In this document: piece after piece, positions 53,888 to 64,000 of the stretch
Numbering within the stretch: the first letter of the stretch is position 1
How the letters are laid out: each line of letters begins with the position of its first letter
Assembly: GCA_051294375.1 (NCBI GenBank)
Contig: CM119264.1
Span: 15,835,473-15,899,472, forward strand
Direction: 5' to 3'
Origin: Paraspadella gotoi
Taxonomy: Eukaryota; Animalia; Chaetognatha
DNA length: 64,000 nucleotides
The notes under the pieces: model-generated
What the model was told of the DNA's origin: nothing
What the model saw: the letters and a program-made list of their open reading frames with translations, nothing else
Database searches by the model: none
Program-made: the position numbers and the translations under genes

Positions 53888-54194
53888 TGTGGATAAGGCG
53901 CTACGTGGGCTGAAAATGACTGTCCGTAACTTCTATAACCCCCTCTAGCAGCCATGGAAAGGGTCCCTGGGCTTGGAACCAGGCTTGAGGGTTTGCCATG
54001 CCCCCAAGGCGGCTTACAGCCGTCCTCACGGCGTGAGGCTCACGCTTCCCGCAGGGTAGGTACCGGGTTGGGATTGAACCCGGTACCCAGTGGTCATGAG
54101 CTGATGGCTTTACTCAATGAGCCACCGGGTCACAACTGAAAGTGTCATGCTTCTAGGCGAGGTGAACCTAGGCATTAGGCAATGCCCGACTACA
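53888..54194 (-). mobile_element. Family C solo LTR (tRNA-Met-like head + twister-like core at about 53960-54050)
   Basis: Minus strand runs TGTAG...CCACA with 4-bp TSD CATT. A-box-like TGGCTCATTGAG, loop CTCATGA, B box GGTTCAATCCC. Core GA-GGA-CGGCTG-T^AA-GCC-GCC, P3 TTGGGGG/CCCTCAA, P4 CCTGG/CCAGG, loop TTCC-AAGC. Confidence 0.78.
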
Positions 54195-56075
54195 CATTCT
54201 GACATGATATATGTGATTGCCCGTCAAGATTGAGGGGGCGGACCGACAAAGTGAATTATAAAGTCGGGATCTGCTGAAAGCAGATCCGACTAAAAATCAC
54301 CGACTAGAAAATCTTAAACAGTGAATGTAAAATTTTACTATATTTTTGAAAAAGTAACTTCTTGACGTATATGAGAAAGAACCCAAAAAATCGGCAAAAG
54401 ATCCTTAATCGATCAAGGAAAGATAAATTTTTAAAATTAAAAACACAACAAAAACTTTTACTTTCGTTACTTCAGATTCTTTGTCACTATTGAGCACAAG
54501 GTTTGAAATAAATCAGTCAATCAAAACGTTGGGGGGCCAATTGAAATAACAAAAAATATAAGAAATTCTTGCTTGTTTTTACGAAAATTTTGCAACCAAA
54601 TCAAGAAGTTCTTAGTTAATAAGAGTTAATAGCGAACATTGAGCGAAAAAAGATACGTTATCCTATAAGGTAGTATCCAATATATCATTCCGTTACCACT
54701 TTATTGAGCTAACGTGATAACTTTTTTTATATCTGAATAAATTTGAATAACTATTGTGGAGAGGGCGTTGAAAACTGGCGATTGCTTGGCACAGGCAATA
54801 TCAAGTATGTTCATTAAAAATAAAACAGTTCAAATAGGATATTCAGTTTCGTATAACACTAAAAGTGCCTCGGTTAATCTTTGGCATACAGCATGTGAAG
54901 AAACTTGAGTTAGCATTCTGTGTATTAGCTTTTCTTTCCTACAATTGACAACAATAGTCAAACATATAAGGTATCTATATGACTAACTTATCAGAACTCT
55001 AAACAAGTATGGAACTATGAATGAACTTTTATGAAGGAACAACCGAAAAAAATGCACAATTTGTCCAATTTAATGTAAACCAGCTATATCAACTTGGTTT
55101 TAGTTCACGAAAAGTTCTGGTAGAGTAAAACAAGCCATTTGCATAAAGTAAATCAACATTAAAAACCGATAGATGAAAAATATATCAATTTTCGCTCCCG
55201 AAGGAAGGAGCATAGGAAAGGCGAATTTACAACACGAAAAAAAAAAATAAAACGGAGGCTTTCAAATTTGGAATATATCAAAATATGTTAACGAGTACAA
55301 TCCTGATAGGCTAATGGCAAATAACTAGGAGCCGACGTCGTTCTGAGAGATCGAGGAAGAATTTTTCAATGGAGATTTTCATTCAAATCTGACTACAAAA
55401 CAATATAAACGCTCCTGGGAAAAATTCTGGTAAAAAATCGATGTAAAAACACTTGATTCCGATCCTGTTGCATCTGAAGGGCTCGCATTTTTTTTCTCTT
55501 GTCAAATCATCATCATCTTGGTATTAAACAAGCCAGAACAAATAGACTGCTTCTGTACGGAAAAATTTTCCATCTTTGATTTTATATAGAAATGAAAAAG
55601 ATTTTATCCCCTCAAGACAATATAAACGTATTTTATATATGTTCTGGTTTTACAAATGACGTAAAATTCAGGAATCCTCTGGAAAAGTGTCTGAAGGGCT
55701 CTCAAAATTTTTCTTTACAATTCATTTAGTTATTTTAGTATGATACGATCATGGTAAAGTGAATTAGTCGATTTTGGTAAAATTTTTATTTAAACTAAAA
55801 ATAAAAGAAGAGCTAACGATTGGAATTCTAAGAGTTTTCAACCGGGAGTCAGATTCGGGAAAAATCTTCTATGGCAAAAATCTTCCAAAGGGGTGGATTT
55901 TCCGAAGATATTGGTTAATATTTTTTATATTTATAGTCGGATTTTTTTGAAACTTAACAATAGCAATATTGCCATCATTCTACATTGGCCGGTATAAGAA
56001 TATATTAAAAAAACCTCGGGCTTTTTTCATCAGAGCTTAGTCCTAAAATAATCTATTTGTTAATTTCTTAAGTAC

Positions 56076-56977
56076 TATGGTGAACTTAAATCCACCAACC
56101 GTTCATCAGCAGCCATTGATGCAGGCTCTGGTTAAAATTTGGCATATTGTGTGCCAGATTTGGCATAATTTCAGACCGTTTAGCCAGTAAAAAAATGTTC
56201 TGGCATATAGCATACAATCTGGCATATTCAAAATGTGAAAAAAATTTTAGGTTTTTCGATCTACAGCATTGGACAGAGTATGAAAAACACTTCCTTTGGC
56301 AATGTAAATCTGTATTAAATATGTTATTTGCTTATTTTATTATTTATTTCTTTGATAACAATAACAATAAAGCCAAAGTATTTGGTTAATACCGATTTTC
56401 CTCTGAGATGCTTGTGTAGTTCAGTAATACTAGTAATAGCATGTTAAAGCAACTTTCCAAGAGCAAAATACTATGACGTCGGTTGGTTGGTCTGTTTGAA
56501 AATTACTGCTGCAAAACACCTTTTACAGGACTTGACCGGTTATATGGCTCATCGCTTAAGCATTAAGAATTAATCAATTCACAAAAAATCTCATTTTTTT
56601 GGTCTTTTTGTTTTTATCTGTCTTAATAATTTTACATAGGCTCTAATAATAATCATTTTTCTGTACTCTTGTAATAGTTTTGCATTAAATTAGCTAAAAT
56701 ATAATTTGGCATAATATTTAGCATACTAAAAAAAAAACTAACCATTTTTAGCATAATTTAGGGCGCTATCTGGCACACGTTTTTTCTGCAGAGTTTTAAC
56801 CAGAGGATGCAGGAGGTAAGTCATTCGCCTCCAAAACCAAAGGTCCGGGGTTCTAGCCCGGTGGTCGCATAGCAGTTAAGAGGGACGGGGCTCTTAACCC
56901 GCCTGTAACACAGTGTTACAGCCTGATTCGAAGCTCGGTTCAGTCACTAACTCATAGCAATTATTACCGTCTCTTAA
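56076..56977 (+). mobile_element. Family A solo-LTR-like element interrupted by a MITE (twister core 56871-56938, P5 3' arm deleted)
   Basis: The head at 56076-56125 resumes at 56814. Flanked by TSD GTAC. Confidence 0.75.
56126..56805. mobile_element. 680-bp non-autonomous DNA transposon (MITE)
   Basis: 12-bp TIR CTCTGGTTAAAA/TTTTAACCAGAG and 8-bp TSD GATGCAGG (56118-56125, 56806-56813). Confidence 0.88.
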
Positions 56978-57304
56978 GTACCAAACGTTAAAATATTTTT
57001 GCGTCAATGAATTATGTCAAAATAAACCAGCCATTTGGATCACACTCAGTACGAAAAATAGTCTCAATAGTTACGATATAAAATGAAAATCAAAAATATT
57101 AAAAATTATAAATTGCGGAAATTAAGAATAGTTTAACTAATTAATAGGCTAAATCAATCAAAAGAAGATACTGATGATTTAGCCGTTGATCACAAAAAAT
57201 AAAATAAATTTAAGATGCGTATAAATATCAGCAACGACGAACAAAAACCAATAAAAAAAAGCAAAATCTCGTCCTCCTTCGAATGCAAAAAAGATTCTTT
57301 TCCT

Positions 57305-57882
57305 TCATCTCGGCGGTTTGGTCGTACCATCCCCTTCTCCAGACGTAAAATCTAGCTTTGGAACCACGGAAATCACAGAATTTTGATGATATTGTTGTTG
57401 TTCTTGATATTTTTGTAAATGGCGTTGGTGCTGCTCCTGCTGCTGCGAGGAAATCGATCCGTGATAATTAAAATGTGCTGAAGAGGAAACTGGATGAGGC
57501 TGGTTGTTCATGTAAGCGGGTATACTACCGATGTCGCCTTGTGATCCTGCGGAGGTTGACGAAGTAGTTGTCGTCGTCGTCGTCACTGTCGTCGTAGGAG
57601 TTAAGTGGGAACGATACGTTTGAGAGGGGGGTTGCCCGGGATGACTGTATCTGGAATCGATAATGTTCACCTCAAGACCATTTATGAGCCGGAGCGGTGG
57701 CACCATTGGCGAATGATGATATTGCAGATGAAGTTCGTGTTGTTGGTGCTGCTGGAGTTGGTGGGCCTTGTGTTGCTGGGTAATTCGTCGGCGAGTAAGC
57801 GGTTCATCGAGGTAAGAGGTCACAATGACAGGATGAGCCGGTTTACCCGTCATATTCGAAGGATTACCGCCTTGGCGCGTTT
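57305..57882 (-). CDS. Terminal exon (His/Gln/Thr-rich, low complexity) of the same coiled-coil gene
   Basis: TCTTCCAG|AA acceptor in phase 1 matches the GCAG|GTACC donor at 62129. The frame stays open to TGA at 57305. Confidence 0.7.
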
Positions 57883-58259
57883 CTGGAAGACAAATTACGT
57901 AATTAAAGATTATTTTATTAGGAAAATATAAGATATATAATAATGTCTTATTTTATTAATTACTAATATTTAAGATTATTGTATTTGTGATTACGACGAG
58001 TTGACTAAACATTAAATTATTAAAAAACATTAGTATGAAACGTGACAGACCCCAAAAAATAAATGTGGCGGAAATTTATTATCACAAAATAAAAGGGTAC
58101 AGAGAGACTTTTACAATGGTTGAGAGATCATGATAGAGTGAACAAGATCAGTTCATCCAATATGTTAAGCAGCAGTGACTTTATTTTCACGTGTATTTAT
58201 GACACGCACTGCATCAGAATTCCATCTTTTATTCTTTATAGTTTTATAATTTCCTGAAG

Positions 58260-58530
58260 GCGATGATAACCAAATATTGATGCGATGACATTCATTCATT
58301 GATGCGATGATAACCAAATATTGATGCGATGACATTCATTCATTGATGCGATGACATTCATTCATTGATGCGATGACATTCATTCATTGATGCGATGACA
58401 TTCATTCATTGATGCGATGACATTCATTCATTGCTGCAATGACATTCATTCATTGACGCGATGAAATTCATTCATTGACGCGATGACATTCATTCATTGA
58501 CGCGATGATAGTCATTCATTGACGCGATGA
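58260..58530. repeat. 19-20-bp minisatellite (GATGCGATGACATTCATTCATT-like); related arrays at 22350-22600 and 63438-63690
   Basis: Visible tandem units. Confidence 0.9.
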
Positions 58531-58943
58531 CAGTGTATGAGTGAGAGAGAAAAACCGAGAGAGAGAAAGAGAAAAAGAAAGAAAGAGAAAAAGAGAGAGA
58601 AAGAGAAAAAAAAAAGAAAGAGAAAAAGAAAAAGAAAGAAAAAGAAAGAAAAAAAAGAGAGAAAGAGAGAGAAAGAGAGAGAAAGATAGATACAAGCTGG
58701 ATAACCGCTGGAGAGCCGCTGCAGCTGTCCTCGTTTTTAGACGAATCAGAAGAGTCGGCGATGGAAAAAAAAGCGAGAGCGCGATACCCCGTGTCCGTTC
58801 GCGAGTGACACCAAAAAAATGCGTACCATTTCTCATTGGATAAATATTTTTTAAATTTTTTTTCCTCATTCTGGAGCAAAGTACTGGACGTTTATTATAT
58901 TTTAATTTAATAAGATGAAATTGATATTTACTCATGTAAAACT

Positions 58944-59175
58944 TATGGTGGACCAAAATCCACCAACCGTTCATTAGCGGCCATTGGTGCCGGAGGCAAG
59001 TCATTCGCCTCCCAACCCAAAGGTCCGGGGTTCTAGCCCGGTAGTCGCCTAGCAGTTAAAAGGGACGGGGCGCTTAACCCGCCTGTAACATGGTGTTACA
59101 GCCTGATCCGAAGCTCAGGGACTGCTTATATTGAACTGTTCTGTCATTAACACAATAATTATCACTGTCTCTTCA
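58944..59175 (+). mobile_element. Family A solo-LTR-like element (tRNA-Gly-like head + twister)
   Basis: Termini TATGG...CTTCA with 4-bp TSD AACT. tRNA-like segment 58977-59048 has acceptor GCGGCCA/TAGTCGC, A-box-like TGGTGCCGGAGG, loop CTCCCAA and B-box-like GGTTCTAGCCC. Confidence 0.8.
59051..59126 (+). ncRNA. Twister-like ribozyme, P5 type (family A)
   Basis: P5 AGCAGTT/GACTGCT, then GG-GA-CGG-GGCGCT-T^AA-CCC-GCC. P3 TGTAAC/GTTACA. P4 CCTGA/TCAGG with loop TCCG-AAGC. Predicted cut 59075/59076. Confidence 0.8.
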
Positions 59176-59213
59176 AACTTTTCTTTAATGGTCATCCAAT
59201 TTAATCTTCAGTA

Positions 59214-60208
59214 AACAAGTTTGAGCAAACAATGTCGGATCTGCCCACGATCATTAGCGGTAATTAATTAATACAAACTATATAAACTAAAACAATTTAA
59301 TTAATAAATTAATTATTTTGATCCAAAATGTTTGTTTTTAGGTCTTTTCGTCAGTGACCACGACAAAAAAAAGACGACGATGATGGCGATGACAACAATA
59401 ATGCTGATAACGATTGACTTGATTGACTGATTAATTTATTAAATAATTAATTAATTTATAAATAAATTGATTGATTGAATAATTAATTAATAGGGAACTA
59501 AATAAATTATTTTATTGAATAATTAATTGATAGATTAATTGACCGACTAATTAATTATTTATTAATTGATTAATTAATTAACTTATTAATTATTTGATTA
59601 ATTAATACATCTTGCATTTACATTTAATATAAAAACAAGTTAAAGCAAACAGTGTCGGATCTGCCTACGATAATTAAGCGGTAATCGGATGATAACTCGC
59701 ATCATTTTTTCAACTCGCATCATTTTTTCAACTCGCATCATTTTTTCAACTCGCATCATTTTTTCAACTCGCATCATTTTTTCAACTCGCATCATTTTTT
59801 CAGATTAATTAATTAATTAATTAATAAATTAATTAAAACATTTATTAGTAATCATAAATAATAAAGATTCAAGTAAAAGTGACTTATGTTTTTTCCATTT
59901 AAACTCAGTTCCACTCGCACAATTCCATCAAAACTTTATATCTAGCTTCTTCACACACTTTCCTACCCACACACAAAATTTCATCTCAATCTATTAATAC
60001 AATTATGATTAATTCGAGTAATTAATAATAGTTATTTCCACTCGCACGATTCCATCAAAACTTTATATCCAGCTTCATCACACACTTTCCTACCCACATA
60101 CAAAATTTCATTCCATTATTGGAGCTTTTTGCTAAGGTGGGACGGTCGGACGGACAGACCGACAAAGAGAATTATAGAGTCGGATTCTGCTGAAAGCAGA
60201 TCCGACTA
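59214..60208 (+). mobile_element. Helentron/DINE-1-like non-autonomous repeat (representative; related copies near 1.4-2.4, 23.4-24.4, 26.1-27.15, 29.9-31.0, 39.0-39.6, 48.4-49.0, 53.7-54.3 and 60.2-61.9 kb)
   Basis: AACAAGTTTGAGCAAACAATGTCGGATCTGC at one end, hairpin GTCGG..TCTGC...GCAGATCCGAC plus an A-run at the other, a (GGAC/AGAC)n microsatellite and internal tandem repeats. Confidence 0.65.
59694..59802. repeat. 18-bp tandem (AACTCGCATCATTTTTTC), about 6 copies
   Basis: Visible tandem units inside a Helentron-like repeat. Confidence 0.9.
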
Positions 60209-61084
60209 AAAAAATAAGCATAATAATTAGTAAAACAGGTTTTTTGTTTTTTTCACTCGCACGATTCCATTGAAACTTGATTTCCAACTCCATCACACAC
60301 TTCCCTACCCACACACAAAATTTCATTTCAATCCATCCATCCCATCACGAGTAATTGGAGTTTTTTGCTAAAGTGGGACGGACAGACAGACAGACGAACG
60401 AATGGATGGACGGACATCATTTTTTTTGCATAATTTATCATAATTCGATATTCTGACATGATATATGTGAATGCCCGACAATATTGAGGGGGCGGACCAA
60501 CGGAATACATCAGCCTGTAGCAGGGACACTTTCCTAGATATTTCACCAAAAATTGGGAAAATTTTCAGTCGGATCTGCTATAATTCACTTTGTCGGTCCC
60601 ACCCCAAAATATTGTCAGTAAATCATTATTATCATATCAGAACCTTGAATTATGATAAATTATGAAAAAAAAGTTAAGTCCATCCGTCCGTCCGTCGGTC
60701 TGTCCGTCCCCCCTTAGCAAAAAATCTATTTCACTATTTGAACGCCAATTGCTCATGACTTGAAATTGGTGGTAGAAAAGTGTGTGATTGAGCTGGATAT
60801 AAAGTTTCGATGGAATTGTGCGAGTGGAAATGAGTTAAAATGGAATAAACAAAAGTCATATTTACTTGAAGTATTTTTACTTAAATTTACTCATAATTAT
60901 TATGTTTATTAAAAATTGGATAGATAAATTGAAATGGAATTTTGTGTGTGGGTAGGAAAGTATGTGATAAAGCTGGATATAGATTTTTTGATGGAATCGT
61001 AGAAGTGGAAAAGAGTTCAAATTAGAAAACCAAAAGACACATTTATTTGAATTTTTTTAAGTTTCTATCTCTCTCTGATTGATT

Positions 61085-61812
61085 GATTGACAAAAATATG
61101 CCAGTTGACCAGATTATGCCAGTTGACCAAATTATGCCAGTTGACCAAATTAATGCCAGTTTGACCACATTATGCCCAGTTGACCAAATTATGCCAGTTG
61201 ACCAATTAGCCAGTGACCATATTATGCAGTTGAACAGTCAATTATGCAGTGACCAAATTATGGCCAGTTGACCAAATTATGCCAGTTGACCAAATTATGC
61301 CAGTTGACCAAATTATGCCAGTTGACCAAATTATGCCAGTTGACCAAATTATGCCAGTTGACCAAATTATGCAGTTGACCAAGTTATGCCAGTTGACCAA
61401 ATTAATGCCAGTTGACCAATTATGCCAAGTTGACCAAAATAACATGCCAGTTGACCAAATATGCCAGTTGACCAATTATGCCAGTTGAACCAAATTATGC
61501 CAGTTGACCAAATTATGCCAGTTGACCAAATTATGCAGTTGACATCATTGACCAAATTATGCCAGTTGACCAAATTATGCCAGTTTGACCAAATTATGCC
61601 AGTTGACCAAATTATGCCAGTTGACCAAATTATGCCAGTTGACCAAATTATGCCAGTTGACCAAAATAATGCAGTTGACCAAATTAATGCCAGTTGACCA
61701 AATTATGCCAGTTGACCAAATTATGCCAGTTGACCATAATGATGCCAGCTGACAAAATTATGCCAATTGACCAAATAATGGCAAGTTGATTAAATTATGC
61801 AAGTTTGACCAA
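61085..61812 (+). repeat. 18-bp minisatellite (TTGACCAAATTATGCCAG)n; also inverted at 23430-23680 and 26196-26292
   Basis: Visible tandem array. It explains the spurious MPVDQI ORFs. Confidence 0.95.
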
Positions 61813-62128
61813 GTTAGCTTATTACCACTTAATTATCGTTTGCAGATCCGACTTTGTTTGCTCAAACTTGTTTTTTACTATGTGAAAAATTTGATTACTT
61901 ACAAAAGTGTTCCGTATTACCCCGCACTACCCTATTAACTAAGTTATGCAGCATTGACTTTCTGTTCAAATAATTAATTACATTTTGAGGCGATCACTCG
62001 TGGAAGATACAAGAGGACGAAAAAACGTTCTAAATTTCTTTAGTGTTTTGATGAACATTAACAGTGGTGTTAAGTTATAAGTTATAAAAAATGACTTAAT
62101 GATAGACAGAAAACCAGGAAATCGGTAC

Positions 62129-63046
62129 CTGCAAAGGAGACGTTGTAGATGCCACTACCCACAACGTTCCCGCTGACGTCAAAAACGGAAACGCGTTGAT
62201 TGTATGGAGCTGAGGAGGAGCATTGATGCGAGGACTGTTTGGTCGCAAGTATCGCGTTTGTCGAAGATGGATGACTAGCAGCAAACGTTTTCCCCCGTTG
62301 AGAGTTGGTAGAGTTGAACGTTGGTTGGGGAGTATCAGATTCATTGTGAGGAATTCCTGTGTTTGAAAGAAAAAACGGTTTAAAAATAATTCGACGATAA
62401 AAAAGCGAAACGGGGACAATGATGTGTCAAAATCTCACCACGATAATCTGTGAAGGCTTCAGGGATGACCTGAAAGCTGACTCCAGCTGATCTTTGGGTA
62501 GAATGATTCAAGACCTCCGCGACCCCGGCCTCAAAGGCCGACTGGCTAACAGAGGAGATCTTGGTAGACTGCAGATCAGACGCCATGATCTCTGACTGTA
62601 GTTTGTTGTAGACGGCCATCTTATCGTTAAGAGCCTTTTCAACGAGTCCTATTTCTTCCGCCATGAATCGAGTTTCGGTGCCAATTTTAACCCGCCGCTC
62701 CAACTCGGACTCTTGCTTCTTGTGCATTTCAGTCATCTTTAAGAGCCGGGGTGCGGTTGAGGAGGTGAGACAATGGTGAAAAATGGAAAACTAGTATAAC
62801 TAAATCATTTACAATTTGAATACGGAAAGGGTAACGGTGCCCCACCTCGTGCCTTCCGATCTCCTCAAAGGCTGTTTCCAGAGCCTCACCCTGGAGAACA
62901 GCTTGCACGCTGGCGAACCTCCATTTGGACTCTTCCAATTGGTCGTCGAGTATAAGAATTTGGTCGCCAATCTGAAGGAATAGGTTCAATTGGTCCGTCG
63001 GCACCGACGATAAAGAGGCAAGAGTATCGTGAAAGTGCATCCTCGC
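62129..63046 (-). CDS. Three internal exons (63046-62846, 62736-62439, 62356-62129) of a coiled-coil protein gene, possibly RASSF7/8-like
   Basis: Canonical AG/GT boundaries with consistent phases. The heptad-like segment EEIGLVEKALNDKMAVYNKLQSEIMASDLQS loosely recalls the RASSF7/8 C-terminal coil, so the family call is weak. Confidence 0.7.
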
Positions 63047-63722
63047 CTGTCGGGAAAAATTAGAAATAAAGAAGAAAATTAAAATGAAAAACATTTTAAT
63101 AATGCATTGTCAGTTCAGAAGTCAAATATTGTTTATAATTTTTGCTATATATTTTGACAGTTTCCTACGAATTAAAAACAACCATAATAAACATAGGATT
63201 TAGCTTGCCGTCCCATTCTCCTCTTCCTCTTCTTTCCTCCTCCTGCCCCTCAGTATATTTTGTCTTGAGATACATTTTCTTGTTTCTACTCTTCGCAAAA
63301 TAAATAATTTTCCCTCTATTTCTTCACGCCTTCAATACCCCTCAAGTGGCGCCCTCTTCGCGGATTAAGTTTTCCGTGTGAACCCTTAGCAAAAAATCTT
63401 AAAAGCATAAAGATCGAGCCGCTTTCGTTTCCAGATAGTAACCAAATATTGATGCGTTGATACCAAATATTGATCGCGATGATAACCAAATATTGACGCG
63501 ATGATAACCAATAATTGATCGATGATAACAAAATGACTGATGTGATGATAATCAAATATGATATGCGATGATAGTCATTCATTGATATGATGATAATCAT
63601 TCATTGATACGATGATAATCATTCATTGATACGATGATAGTCATTCATGGATGCGATGATAGTGATTCATTGACGCGCTGAATCATTCATCGTAAATAAA
63701 ACAAACAAATGCGTGTATGAGT

Positions 63723-63789
<67 letters not shown>

Positions 63790-64000
63790 CTGGACCGTTT
63801 TCCCCGCCAACGAAACGCATTATTAGGTCTCTCTCGTTTTATATAAAGAATAATCAGAATTTTTAGAAAAAAAAATCCACGAAAATCTCGGATGTATTTT
63901 TGTGATTTTGTATTGAGAAAAAAGCGCGAATAAATGGCGATAATAAAAGTTTTTAGAAGGAAAAAAGAGAGAGAGAGGAAGAGAGAGGGAGAGAGAGAGA

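Noticed and set aside
54130-54194. HDV-like ribozyme in the family C leader (TTCACCTCG loop)
   Set aside because: There is no room for P2 between the putative P1 and P3, and no P1.1 or J4/2 could be fitted.
58977-59048. Functional tRNA-Gly(CCC) gene
   Set aside because: The D, anticodon and T stems do not pair properly, and the segment is part of a repeated element with TSDs.
61083-61697. MPVDQI-repeat ORFs or a CRISPR-like array
   Set aside because: Pure 18-bp tandem repeat with no spacers. The ORFs follow from a unit length divisible by 3.

Overview
AT-rich, repeat-dense eukaryotic (invertebrate-like) genomic DNA. Three spliced genes lie on the minus strand: a PHTF homologue (5 exons visible, first intron about 15 kb), a 3-exon myosin essential light chain, and the 3' part of a coiled-coil protein gene. 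The repeats include a frameshifted Ty3/gypsy LTR retrotransposon, Helentron-like non-autonomous repeats carrying minisatellites, hAT-like MITEs, and Penelope-like remnants with seven minimal hammerhead motifs. The main result is a set of four related families (A-D) of 230-310 bp GC-rich elements. Each combines a tRNA-like Pol III promoter with a circularly permuted (P5-type) twister-like ribozyme, and base pairs covary between the families. Most copies look like solo LTRs, with TG/TA...CA/TA ends and 4-5 bp TSDs. One copy (36709-37177) reads LTR-PBS-internal-PPT-partial LTR and shares 10 nt of its PBS with the gypsy element. This suggests an animal LTR-retrozyme/TRIM system built on twister ribozymes. 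All structures were read by eye: no folding, alignment or database search was run, and novelty is unverified.
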